A DNA stretch of 64,000 nt from Diadema antillarum (Eukaryota), in contig NW_027271711.1 of NCBI RefSeq assembly GCF_040938485.1, positions 1,302,001-1,366,000 on the forward strand. The letters are read 5' to 3'. The position numbers were made by a program, and so were the translations under genes. Shown one piece after another: positions 52,070-64,000 of the stretch (positions are counted from its first letter, which is position 1; every line of letters begins with the position of its first letter). Below the pieces are notes generated by a model, which was not told where the DNA came from, searched no databases, and was given only the letters and a program-made list of their open reading frames with translations.

Positions 52070-53467
52070 AAGATGGTTATTGCTATGTGGGAAGTGGGTC
52101 TATGACAAGAAAATGTGTGGAATTGAATTATAAAAAGCTTTCTGGCATCTGGCCATGGCAGGATACATTATATCATTCTAATTGTAGAATACTGTTGTTA
52201 TGCTGACTTTTTTAATACTGTTGATAACATCACAACAGGTGAGAAAGATTCTTTAGATGTGGAGCTTAGTGGGTACAAAAAGAAAAAACAAATCAAACGC
52301 AGGGACGCCTATTATAGAATGATGGAGAAAGCCTGAAATTCATCTATATGAAGCCAATTTGTACATGAAATGGTCTGAAACAAAAAGGAGCTAAATTAAG
52401 GCTTTTGCCTGAAAATAATCAGCCCTGCAAACGATTGAAAACATTTGATCACACTTGATCAAACAAATCTAGAATATCGGAAGTGAAAACCTACTCACAA
52501 GAGCATTAAAAATAATGTTTCACAGGACTGGAATAGGATACCAGCGCGTTTTTCAACATAACAATTCATCTGCTTTAAGCAGTGAGATGACCATACAAAT
52601 ATGCTTGTAATGTATATGATGGGATTACATTTTGAGTTTTATTCAAGGTACAAATCTTGTATAGACAGATCTCTTTTGAAACTGACTGATATCTTGCAAT
52701 GACATGCATTAACAAAAGACATATCTTAGAAATGGCTATTTTGAAGTATTGTCTTCCTCTGCCCACCACTACATACAAAACCAAAAACAAAGGTAATTGA
52801 TGAGTCTCCCTTTTTATAATCATAATAATATTCAGAGTCTTTATCTTCAATCGCACCCGTCAAATGATGATATTCCCCACATACACATCAAGTAGGTGGC
52901 ATTTCTAGTACTAACTGACCTTTTGTAAATTTATAAAGAGATATTGTTGCTAGGAAACCAATACCTCATTATGAGGCCATGATGACTTGTCTCCATGCAC
53001 AGACTAATTTTCACTTTTGATATTACAAAAAATCTTCCAGTAAAAGTAGAAAAACAGAGACTAGGAAAGTTGTTACGACAGAGGGACAACATGTATACCT
53101 ACACCATGTTCACTGGCATACTGTACATATGCTCGCAGCAGAGCTCAAATGCTCAAAACATTTTTTCTGGATGCATGACATTTATGACATTGCTCACCAA
53201 ACTTGCACAAATTGATTCCATCATGTCTCAATGAAACAAATGAAATACGGACTTGTTAGGCTGTGTGTCTCACTTTCTACGAACCACAGTTTATTCAACT
53301 CACACAGGAAAAGCACTGTCAACAGCTCTTTATTTGTCCTTGCCCGTTCTTGCATATTTGGCCTATTGAAGACTATTTCAAAACCACAATTCTAAAAGAC
53401 AATGACAGAAAAATCATCCACAATGGTACAGCATCTCATGTGCAGAAGAATACCTGCCCATAGCACA

Positions 53468-54041
53468 TTAAAGGGATGCAGTCCTCACAAAATTTAAAAA
53501 AATATGCTGTTGTTGGTACCTCCAATGAACTACTTTCATCAAAAACAAACTTTCAAATCACCAGATAAGCTCGTACATTCCGGTTAAAAAAGTGTGACTC
53601 TGCAAATGAGCAAGTCTTGGCGGAGAGTCATACATCATCGATGCACAACTCTTTCCAGCGGTGTTCTGCTCGTCATCCCTAGTTATTTATAAATACATGT
53701 TTACTATTTATTTTTATATTAATTGTATATATAAATAAGCATGAAATATTTTGTTTGAAATAATAAAACCACATATTGTCACATTTTATGAAAAAATCAG
53801 ATATGATCATTTTGAACACTTAAATTGGTTTTCTGAGGCACGGCTGTCAACTTGAGAGTAGGGCATCAATGACGTTGCACCTTTTGGCAGGCTCTTACAC
53901 GATCGCTTGCAGGAATTATCTTTTAAAAATCACGTACGGAGACAATTTTTGAAGTCCACGCGTATAAATTGGTGAAAGGTTATATTTTTTACTCTTCTTA
54001 ATTATCAGTACAGTGAAAATCTCAGGACTGCTTCCCTTTAA
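53468..54041. mobile_element. Kolobok-like TTAA MITE
   Basis: TTAA-AGGGATGCAGTCCT ... AGGACTGCTTCCCT-TTAA. Confidence 0.8.
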
Positions 54042-54104
54042 TCTAAACATGGAGTATGTGTATTGCATATCAGTTATAAATCAAATTGTCTCTTACATTA
54101 AGTA

Positions 54105-54641
54105 TGCAAAATTTGCAATGAACATGATTCGCATGAAATTGAAATATGTTTGAAATTTTGATGGCACAACCTTAAAATGTGTTGAGTGGTTACACATTCC
54201 ATCAACTACTGTATACGCTGTTATTTTCGCGTACAGATATTTTCGCGAATGAGGAGGTCACAGACATGTTCATGAGATGTTGTTTTCGCGAATTGACACA
54301 GAGGCTTACATAAGCGCACTACTACCTCGGCGTATGGTCACATTTTCGCGTGTTGTTAAATTCGCGGTCCAACTGTGATTCGCGAAATTCACGAAAATTA
54401 AACCCTCACGAAAATAACAGCTTATACAGTAAGTTTCAATTGACCTTGACCCTTGACCTTTGAAGCCATGGCCCACAATTTTCTCCAAATAATCTCAATC
54501 TGGTAATATATAAACACCAATTTTCATGACAATGCTTTGAGAATTTGACCTTGGCCTTGCCCCCAAAGATTGATTATGGACAGAAGGACAGATGGATGGA
54601 CAACCTGTCTCTGGCGACACTTCATAGCAGAGGCATAAAAA
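54105..54641 (-). mobile_element. HINE-family fragment (host of a nested TA MITE)
   Basis: Ends GACAGATGGATGGACAACCTGTCTCTGGCGACACTTCATAGCAGAGGCATAAAAA, as in 36708-37687. Confidence 0.7.
54207..54431. mobile_element. TA-TSD MITE (Tc1/mariner-pogo type) nested in a HINE
   Basis: TA-CTGTATACGCTGTTATTTTCGCG ... CACGAAAATAACAGCTTATACAG-TA. Confidence 0.85.
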
Positions 54642-54864
54642 TGAGCAATAATCGCATCTTAATCCAAGAACAAAAGGAATTACCAAATTCAAATATATCC
54701 AGAACCTTAGATATAAGAATTCATGAGCAACCATGTTGTATGCTTTTTTCAAAGTCCATTGTAACTAAAAGTTCATTTGTATTTCATGCAATGAATGAAA
54801 TTACATCATCATTTAGCTAGTTTTGTACAAACTCTTATGCCTCGTCCTACATTTCTGTTTTCAA

Positions 54865-55790
54865 TAATATGTCCTAATTAATCAAGGTGATCTGTTTACC
54901 ATAAAACTTCATTTATCCTTCTTGATAACGCCTTAGATAATTATCTTATTATCCACAATAACAATATAATTGGTCGGTAGTTTTGAATGTACAGTGCATT
55001 CCCATTTTTTCCTTTTCCTTTTTCTTGCAAACCTTGCTTTTCTGATGTTGATAAATCCCCTTCATCATATTCTTAATTCAATGCATCTACAATAATTTGC
55101 CTCAGAACTGGCTAAAAGGTGAGATAAAACTCTGCCATGAAGCCTTCATCCCCTGGAGCTTTTTCACCATCATTTCTTTTAAAACCATGAAACATTCATT
55201 TCCACCTTAATACTTTACCTTTACAAAAATCCTGATTCTCTTTACTTAGTTTAAAAATTTGTTCATGACATAACTTACTTCCCATATTGCATTACAGAAA
55301 TATATTTCAAATTTTCCATGATTATCTTCAATATTCCAGTTAAATCCTTTGTTAGTTGTTCTTTGTGATCAAATATTCCATTTGTATAAATAATTGTTCA
55401 AAGTATTGTGTTCTTGCTTCTCCTTCACAGAAGCCCTCAGCACTGGGGCAAACTCTGAAGTGCTGTCTGGAATAATCATACATTCTCCGCAACACATTTT
55501 TTTTTTCTATCAATGTCATATCCTATAGTTTTTATAGGTGCAACCACCATCTGATTCTCTACATACCTATTTCCCTTTCTAATTTTTCTATTTTACATCC
55601 TTTAAGCCCTGCTTTTTCTTTCAAATAACTGATTATATATTCCCCTATTTTCATTTTTATAAAAATTCTTGTAATAACCATTTATCCTGAATTTCAAAAT
55701 CAAATTCTCCTTCAATTGATTATCTTATCAGCAACCCTTTTTTTAATCTCTATCCATACATTATCTGCTAGTAAATTTCCAATACAATTT
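54865..55790 (-). mobile_element. Dead Tx1/L1-clade LINE ORF2 fragment (endonuclease-RT linker and RT start)
   Basis: With frameshifts and stops the minus strand reads NECFMVLKEM..KAPGDEGFMAEFYLTF*PVLRQIIVDALN..SEKQG..NYRPIILL..LSKALSRRINEVL, matching L1/Tx1 'KSPGxDG...EFY..F...NYRPISLL..KIL.K.LA.RL'. Confidence 0.8.
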
Positions 55791-58099
55791 TCTATTACAC
55801 AACAGACACTCACACACACACACAAAAAAAAAAACAAGGCATATGATGACACAAGGAAAATATGATGTCTTTTTGGACAATATCTGTCCAGTAAAATACC
55901 AAAAAGTCTTCACTGTTTGCACAGCTTCTAAATGTTTTTTATCATGTAGATAAAAAAGATTTGTGCTTGTTATTGTTCATTATCCTCAACATGCCAAAAT
56001 GAAAATGGCAGCTCTACCACCACACCACTGATATCAGAGCAAACTAGAGCCTAATTTTACCAGGAATTCATCAAGTATTTTAATGTATGCAGGTCAGGAC
56101 AGGTTCTGCACCACATACTGGAGAAGTAGCTGTCCTCATCATTAAGACAGTTCAAAGGGAATGGAGAGAGAGAGAGCGCCTGACAGCCCCCTGGGAAGGT
56201 AACGTGACTGATAACTTAAAAGCATGTGAGAACTTAGAAGCTCACTAAACATGGCAGCTAAAAAAAGAGAAAAGAAACGAAGAATTAAAAACCAAAGGCT
56301 TGAAAATTCTTGCATAATGTGTAAGCTAATCTAAACTGTACACACAGTGAATCAGTCCATTAAGAGACAGAGGAAAGGACCAGTAATTAAGAAACCCTGA
56401 AGTACAGTGTGTCTCAACTGATATAATTGCCAGTAAAATTAACCTCTGATTATCTTGGAAAGTCTTTCATATAGGAAATAATGTCATCACTCTCATTTTC
56501 TATCTATCTCAGTCTCTTTCCCTCTAACCCTGTCTGTCTCCTTTAGATATACTATGAACCAACCCCCCCATGAAAAGACTCAAATAAATGTAATGATAAA
56601 AGTGTGCCTCTTAGTTGTACATGAGAACAAAAAAACAAAAAATCATTCCAGTGGAGAGGAACAAGCTTTGAGGCCCGTAACCAGAAGATGTGGCAAAAAA
56701 AAAAAAAAAAAAAAGCATTGACATTTGTCCAACGAAAACCAGAGCTGCATGCCTATGTATACCTGTATACATGCAGCAAGTCAACAAAATATGGGAAAAT
56801 TTTAAATGGTCTTGGACTATGAATGAATGGGTGACAGTTATACGTATTACTTGGCTGATAGCAAGTAGATCTACAAGTTTATATCATGCTACAAAATGCT
56901 GAACAATGACAGCACCATACCATGCACAATCCAGATAATGAAAAAGTAAAAAGGAGTACACAGACTAAATTGAAGTTGCAATAAGCAGCAAAAGCAAACC
57001 ATGTATATTATCATATAGTGGAACATGGGATGTAATGAGGGCAACAATAGCACAAATGTAGAAGTAATAAGTTCCCTTTTTCTTTGTCAATGTATTAGTT
57101 CATGACCAACACTGTATTCTGACCACAGATTATGGGCCACAAATCAAAATGCTCTGTATTGACCGTATAGGCTTAAAGAGAGCCTCTGGGTTATGGAAAA
57201 CTTTTGATATTGTTTTTGTTTCAAAATGATTTTCAATGGATTGAATAAAGGATTTCTGTGATTTCTGTGATGAGAAAACTAAGAAATAATAAATGATATA
57301 ATGGGTTTCATTGAACATATATATATACATATATATATTTGCCATGTCTAATTTTCTTTGTTTGTTTGTTTTCATGATAAGTATATATTCACTGCTTATT
57401 GCCAATAAATTATTGGCACTTCATGCACAGAAGTGAAGCTTTGGATGCAAGCATGCGTGCACACACGGTAGCTATAGACTCGCTGTAATATCACTCACTC
57501 ATGCATCAAGCACATCGCTTGCGACTTGGTGCATGCAGGGGCCAGTGAATTATAGTATACATCGCTCTACATTATATCCAAAAACAAAAAACAAAACAAA
57601 ACATCGAGTGATGTATCGTTCCAGAGCATCAATCAGGTAAGAGATTGTACAAAATGTTCTCCTTTTGTGGAATCAGAAGGAAATTTTGAGATATGTAATA
57701 GGTTCAACAGGTAAAGTTACGGCCTGTTGTGGATCAATGCACCACAAGGGTAGAACAAAGTCAGCATGAAAACATAATCTGAAGAAGTCAGAAGTGAGTT
57801 TCTTCAACAAAAGTATGTGTGCGTGTGGAGGAGTGGTAGGATGGGGAAGAGGGTAATTCAAAACAGATAAAATCATGTCAGGCGCTTTGTTCTCACCAAA
57901 CATAACATGAAATTTTAAAAAAATAGTGTCATAGTATATAAAATTCAAAGAGTGTAAAGAGGAAATGTATTTTGAGATTTTGCTTCGGCATTGGGATTAT
58001 TTCTTAAAATTATGATGTAAAATAATGCATGTAATACATTTCAAAGCAATATCATTGATACAACTGACATGTTTACATTTCACAAGACAGTCTGTCTAA

Positions 58100-58350
58100 C
58101 AAAATGCAAAAATATGGTAAGAAATGAGAGCAAGGGAAGATTCTGTGCTCTAAGTGCTGCTTTCTAGTGAAAACAATCCGAGGTCTAAGTGCCGCGTTTT
58201 CTCGAAAGAGCAACATCGATAAAGAGGAGATCGCCTTTGAGCATCCAACTTGCTGTATTTGGGATATCGCTCCACTGCTGATCTGGTATCTATAAAGCCA
58301 GCAGCACTCTGCTTCGTTATAAGCTTGGATTACAGGGTAAATTTCCTTTC
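58100..58350 (-). pseudogene. Possible piggyBac transposase C-terminal remnant
   Basis: Across three frames VIQAYNE / AAGFID / WMLKGDLLFIDVAL loosely resemble 'I.dYN..mggVD..DQ....W...f..liD.al'. The match is weak. Confidence 0.25.
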
Positions 58351-58865
58351 TGCCCAGGCCTGTATGAGTGGCTGTGGGGAATGACCAAGCAGTACAAGGA
58401 TATCTCCCTACCAACACACTGAAATCAAAATACTGAGGCAAGCGCGTACGTCAAGTGTTTTTGCTCATCCCCCACTCTAAGGAAGGTGATGTAATGGATA
58501 ACTGCCTTCAGTTGAGGAAACAAGGCATGGAGCCTTCCCAGCAAACACAACACCAATGCAACATGCAGTACCTTTCATTAGCAAAACAGTGTTACATTTC
58601 AGCCCTTTCCTCCATCCCTTTTTGTCCATTCCAATTCTCTTTCAATCTCTCCCTCACTTTTTCTAGCCTTTAGAAATAGATCCCAGCCCAACAAAGATTT
58701 TACTACTTTCTTAAGTTAATCTTGCAAAAATTTCAGTTTTGACAAGAAGTATTTCATGTCTGAGATAAAATGAATATCTTTTGACTGTTCTGTACCATGA
58801 ATATGACCAACAGGAGTGATAATACCCCTGTCAGCTGGGAGGGTTTTAGTCCGGTGCACTCAGTG

Positions 58866-59090
58866 TTAAAGGACAAGTTCACCTTCATAGACATGTGGGT
58901 TGAGTGAATGCAGCAACATTAGTAGAACACATCTGTGAGAGTTTGAGCAAAATCGGACAATCCGTTAAAAAGTTATGAATTTGTGAAGTTTCTGCTCAGT
59001 CACGGCTGGATGAAAAGACTACTATAGCTTGTGATGTCACATGAGTACAACGATATAAAGAAAGAATAAAGAAAATTAAACATACTTCCA
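58866..59090 (+). mobile_element. Kolobok-like MITE left part (truncated)
   Basis: TTAA-AGGACAAGTTCACC terminus; interior AAAATCGGACAATCCGTTAAAAAGTTATGAAT. No right end seen. Confidence 0.5.
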
Positions 59091-59499
59091 TTTTTGTGGC
59101 AGAGGACGTTACGGGTGTGCAATGAACTTGCACCTCATAAACAACCACTTAATTTTTAATATCAGAACATGCCTCAATGAAAAAAAAAAAGCAAACATCT
59201 ATATTAACTATGATACCACTTGTTAGGTCTTGACATCGGATCATTTGGACTTCATGCAGATTTCATTGTCCTAACAATACGAATTACGATCAGATGTAAC
59301 AGTGCATTTCCGTGAAGAGAATACAAAAATTTGGGTATGTGGGACTGTACTTTGTCTCCAGCAGTGGGAAAGACTACAAGATTTGTGCTCGGAACAAAGG
59401 CAGAAAATGCACCATCTTTTGATTATTTCCAGACAAATTTGGATGCATGACTCCTCGAATGTGATTTTTTGTTTTAAGGATTTAGTAAAGAAATATATT

Positions 59500-60297
59500 C
59501 TTACGAACTGTACTGATGTATTGCAATATTGCTTGGGGACACACATTTAGGACTCATGTACATAAGTTGCATGTTCTTCAAAAGAAAGTTGTCAGGTATA
59601 TAACAAATTCAAACTATAGATCACCTAGTACTCCTTTGTTTTTGCAGCTACATATTTTGCCGTTTGATGAAATGGTTTCTCTTCAATGCTTAATATCTAT
59701 GTTTAAATGTCGTTCTCTTCAATATACATTTTTGTCTGATGTGTTCATGGAAAATTCTTCCATCCATCGCTATAATACTCGCCAGAGTAACTTCATCCAT
59801 CAGCCATATGCAAGAACACAAACTACCTTAAATTCATTCAGAATAGTCTGTGTTTAAGAGTGGAATAAGTTGCCTCGTAATAAAATTAATTCCACTACAC
59901 TGTCTCGTTTCAAAATTTTGTGTAAAAGACACCTTTTCGACAGATTGAAATTAGGTACATGAATGTAGAAAATGAGATGAGGTAGCCATGTGTGAAGTGT
60001 GCATGTATGTGTGTATGTGTGTGTGTGTGTGAGTGTGTTTGTGTTGTGTTGTGTATGGGGGAGGTGGCATACGTGTACTTGTCTGCATTTATTATGTTGT
60101 ATAATTTGTACATATGTTATACTCCATGTAAATATGTTACACCTTGCCATACTATTGTGTAAAGGGGCCCCGACCACAAGCTGTGCTTCACTGGGGTCCC
60201 AAACCTATCATTCTAAATTTTTGCAGTTATGTCTTGTACTTTTGTTATGTTTGATTTGGTTTGAATAAACTGAAACTAAACTGAAACTAAACTAAAC
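59500..60297 (+). mobile_element. 5'-truncated CR1/L2-group LINE 3' end (ORF2 C-terminus, 3' UTR, short-repeat tail)
   Basis: YCNIAWG..LQKKVVR..TPLFLQLHIL..HRYNTRQS..SFRIVCV*EWNKLP..SRFKILCKRHLF with one in-frame stop; tail AATAAACTGAAACTAAACTGAAACTAAACTAAAC. Confidence 0.85.
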
Positions 60298-61010
60298 ACA
60301 CTTGTAAGATTTTGGTTGTTTACGCCGTGAAGATGTGAAATTTTAGCAAACATTTCTTACCATTATATTTTATTTTGAAAGAAAAGTTTTACTCCATTTT
60401 GTAATTTTTTGTCATTATTTAACAACTGTAACATAATAAGACCAAAAAAAAGTAAAAATCATTAGAAAGTATGAACTAATAGTGGAGTACATTATAGCAA
60501 TTTTGCTGCGACACTTTCTCAATGGTTTCTCGTATGCAATGCATTCTTTCGGGGGGAAAGCAAGGTCGCAGCAGAATGAAAACCGCGAGTTAATTTTACC
60601 TGTCTGCTGCAACAGCATTGCTCAGTGTATTCCTACAATCTTTTCACCGCAGTCCACTATCACCATTTTTACCTATCATATGACTGCACACTCCACCAGG
60701 CATGAGCTGTAATTTATTCCCCCCCCCCAAGTGCATCTTATCCTCCCCTTCCTTCATCCTCTTCTTGCTCTTATATGAAAAGGGCAATACATGGTGATTA
60801 ACACAAAGCAGCGAAAGGAAATTTGGATCCCTTTGTTTATAATTACATCAGCAAAATACAGCATCATTACCACAGGAAAGCAGTAGCTACCCCCTAAGTC
60901 ATAGCCTACATCAACTAATTTTTGTGGGATTAAATCTAAGCCTGTACTGAACTTATCTCAAGATTCAAATCACCAGTGCTGCCTGTCATGGATCACTGTT
61001 CACATACATA

Positions 61011-61360
61011 TTAAAGGTATTGTTTACCAATGGGAGCGGTGATTTAAAAAATGTTCGAGATATCACTTTTGATGGTCATGTGTAGGTCAGTTGTATTGAT
61101 CACAAAACATCCTGCCATATAAAAATTTCGGCTTAAAGCCTAAAATATAAGAAGATATCAATATTTCTCTCAATAAACCACAACTGTAGACGGTTTATTC
61201 TAGAAACAATGTTATTATAACTATTGTTCACATTTTGTATATTCAACAATACATTTTTACATCAATTGTTTCACCAATCCCTAACTCACATTTTAGAGCT
61301 ATTTTGATGCACTAAAGCTGCGTTTTTGTTTCACCTGTAAATGGTCAATAATGCCTTTAA
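61011..61360 (-). mobile_element. Kolobok-like TTAA MITE, family A copy 3
   Basis: TTAA-AGGTATTGTTTACC ... AATAATGCCT-TTAA; reverse complement of 984-1350 with an internal deletion. Confidence 0.75.
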
Positions 61361-61479
61361 AATGGCTGCATTCTGCCTCAGTTTCCTTCACGGACTGGTC
61401 GAGGAGGGATGGATAGGGTGATTACGGCAGGCCATACATTTTGAGTCCATCCCTGATGAGGAAATTCTCTTAGTGCCAA

Positions 61480-61800
61480 GAATATGAATGCAGAGGATGA
61501 TATGAATCCTTAAGTGCACAGGAACCTACATGCTAAAAGGGTTTCGTATGTGGTCTCTCCAACTGGCAAATAAAGACGGGCGGAGATCTGCCAAGAAATG
61601 GCGACAGCGGTGGAATTAATATCGAGAATGCGGAAAAGTTTAAGCAAACATGGACAAGCTGCCGAGAGTACAGAGTGAGGGTGCGCTGCTCTTTGCCAAT
61701 CTGGCTGGACTTTGGATAGCGGGAGCATCAGCGACCAGTACCACATGAGAAAATTCAGCCACTCTGGACTTATGAATCTCCCCTCATCTTTCATGTGAAA
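61480..61800 (+). mobile_element. Degenerate RTE-like LINE RT C-terminal fragment
   Basis: FSYV..EICQEMATAV..AALCQSGWTL..KIQPLW resemble RTE 'F.YLGS..EI..RIAMA...ALY.cEsWTL...KI.afEmW', with stops and frameshifts. Confidence 0.4.
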
Positions 61801-62902
61801 AAAAAAAAGAAAAAATGGGCCATCTTTAGAAATGGTGCATGTCCCAAACATGACAGCATGTACAATAGGAGGCAATCTGTAAATGCAAACTGTTTCTTAT
61901 TACGTAGTCATTAGGATGAAGAAGTTAACACTCAGTTTCTCATTGTTTTTTTTTTCTTTTTTCTTGATACAAGTTGAACTGGGAATGTATATAAATTCCA
62001 GCTTTATCATGCATGCTTTTATCATTCATTCATTGCATTACCATGGTACTCACTTTTAATTACAATGTACATTCTTTTAAACATTCCAATCTTAGGCTAG
62101 AATGGGTTGTTATCGTTCCCCGTCATTCCATCACAAACATCATACCTAGATTGATAAGCGTTCCTAGCTATTACCCCCCCCCCCCCCCATGAAGAACTTA
62201 CAGACTACAATAAGCATCACACCCCTAAACCGCTGCCATCCATTATCACTCCCTGAACTCTTTTTCATAATATCTGCCAAGTATTTACTTTTGCTCTAAA
62301 ATATTCTCTGTTCTGTCCTCCTTCTGATTTTCTGTTCTCAAATGTGATGATGGTAGAGTCAATCATAGACTTGAATATGTGACAGTCTGGTGACAGTAAA
62401 AAATAGGCATGCGGAGTAATGCCTGCTTGCATGTTGGCATGAATGGCAAGACATGGCTATTCTCATTCCCTGTAGTATTTGCCAGGCAGAGGAAAAATAT
62501 ACGTGTAGCGTCCCTGCTTGCTTCCTTTTTTGAGGGAGCCTGCTTTTTCTCTCTCTCTTTTTTTCTTGGATAAAAAAATGGAAATACAATCTCATTCCAA
62601 AAATTTAGATTTTTCTTGGATGAAAAAATCACACTTTCTATTTTACACACCCACATCAACTTTTCCATTTGCTGTAAAAATTGTCAATGTATGTCTGCAC
62701 AAGTCTATGATTTTGTTCATGTTTGCCCTGTGTAAATTTCAAAGTCACTTTGAAATGAAATACGGCCGTACAAAACTATCTCCCCATATGTGCATGTCAC
62801 ACAGTGTAAATTAAAACCATGAACTGTTGTAAGATCTTTTGCTGTTCTCTGTTCTTCTGTAGAGAGAAAGAAAAGTCATATCCTGAGTCCAAGTGGGGTT
62901 CA

Positions 62903-62995
62903 TTAACCCATTGAGGACGAGTCCCGAGTATACTCGGGCAAGTATCTATGGGAAATGCGTGTTGTATCAAAGTCAAATCGTCCTCAACGGGTTAA
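62903..62995. mobile_element. 85-bp piggyBac-type MITE with intact TTAA TSDs
   Basis: TTAA-CCCATTGAGGACGA ... TCGTCCTCAACGGG-TTAA (13/14 TIR match) with internal perfect palindrome CCCGAGTATACTCGGG. Confidence 0.85.
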
Positions 62996-64000
62996 AATAA
63001 AAAAAAGCTGGCAGCTACCTTGAAAAACAATTTGGCCGGTTGTTTTGGCATATGTGTCAGGCGGGCATTCAAAAAAAAAAAAAAGAGTACCTCCTACTCC
63101 AATGTTTTCCATGGAGGCAGGAAACTAAACACACTTTTTTTTTTCTTTTTTTTTTTTTGCCTTAAATGTCTGTTTACCAGATACATCAAATGCTTCACAC
63201 CCACACTCATTCCTAATTTCATCAACATCTCTTTTGCCTGAGGATACATTTCAGTTTCAGATTTAAAATTTGATATTTGCAGTCCATGCATATGAACTGA
63301 CTGTCTTTTCATTTATTCATAATTCTACACATCTGTATAAATGGCATACAGTCCTTACTTTTTACAATAAAAAACCAGTGCAGAGAAAGTGGTTTAAGGA
63401 AGAGCAAAGCAGCTAACTGATTGTACAAAAGAAAGAAAGAAAAATAACCTACACATGGGCATATTACTGATGGGTTTCCCTGTTTTCACATGCTTTATGT
63501 TAGTCTATGAATACTTTGGAAGCATGTAAGTTCTGTGAAGAACTGGGTAAGAAAACTAGGTAAGAAAACAACTTACAAAGATCACAATAGTCAGTCAGCA
63601 TCAACCTGACACTTCAAATATTGAAATATATATGATATATATAAACAAGGAGTTGATACTCCCTTTACATCTACCCCTGATGTCATACTTCCAAGAGCTC
63701 ATCCTTCCCCCTACTATCATCCCCCCCCCCCCCTTTTCCCCCTGTATCAACTTCCTGGAGAAGAAAGCAAACATGAACACTGCTTCTTCTAGCCCGGATC
63801 CCACTCCAAAAGTGAACTGTCAACACTTAGAGCCAAACCACAGCAGAAAACCCAGAATACAGAAGAAGACTTGCCAGAAAGAGGATGCCATGACAGCTTC
63901 CGTTCTTGCCTGTGAGTCACAGATTGTATCTCCAGACTTGCCCCGTGCATCTCCTTGTACACAACAAATTGTAGTTTTCATTGCATGCATGATTCTTATC

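Noticed and set aside
63790-64000. Plus-strand acceptor with two open frames at the window end
   Set aside because: Faint resemblance to an RTE LINE C-terminus (P..RKPRIQKKTCQKED), too weak to call as exon or TE.
1-64000. tRNA, tRNA-derived SINE, rRNA, snRNA and prokaryotic defence systems
   Set aside because: GTTCGA hits lack A-box and cloverleaf context; no rRNA- or snRNA-like tract and no gene-dense operon structure were seen.

Overview
AT-rich animal genomic DNA; the poly-G/C runs and repeat families suggest an echinoderm such as a sea urchin (inference). The window is almost all intron. The only confidently coding feature is a 49-nt minus-strand exon at 9358-9406 (MTRALQVKPADSESRG). It matches the RRM1-RRM2 linker of the CELF3-6 / bruno-3 / unc-75 RNA-binding protein family. 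I could not find its flanking exons in the called bases, so the window appears to lie inside very large introns of that gene. The rest is transposon debris: Helentron/HINE-like elements, Kolobok-, piggyBac-, Tc1/pogo-, hAT- and Harbinger-like MITEs (often nested), dead LINE fragments (Tx1/L1, CR1/L2, RTE) and a THAP remnant. There are also simple repeats and four N gaps of 132-148 nt. The best leads are all inferences. (1) A CpG-rich promoter-like island at about 38.0-38.6 kb ends in tandem donors; one is in frame with the CELF exon (an RRM1-less isoform) and the other with an orphan exon at 19.1-19.3 kb. (2) There is a candidate poison exon at 22.6-22.7 kb. (3) RBFOX/UG motifs sit just after the frame-shifting 49-nt exon. 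I found no CRISPR array, tRNA, rRNA or intact transposase/RT ORF, and I cannot claim a new biological system from sequence alone. TE superfamily labels rest on termini and target-site duplications (TSDs), not on database searches.
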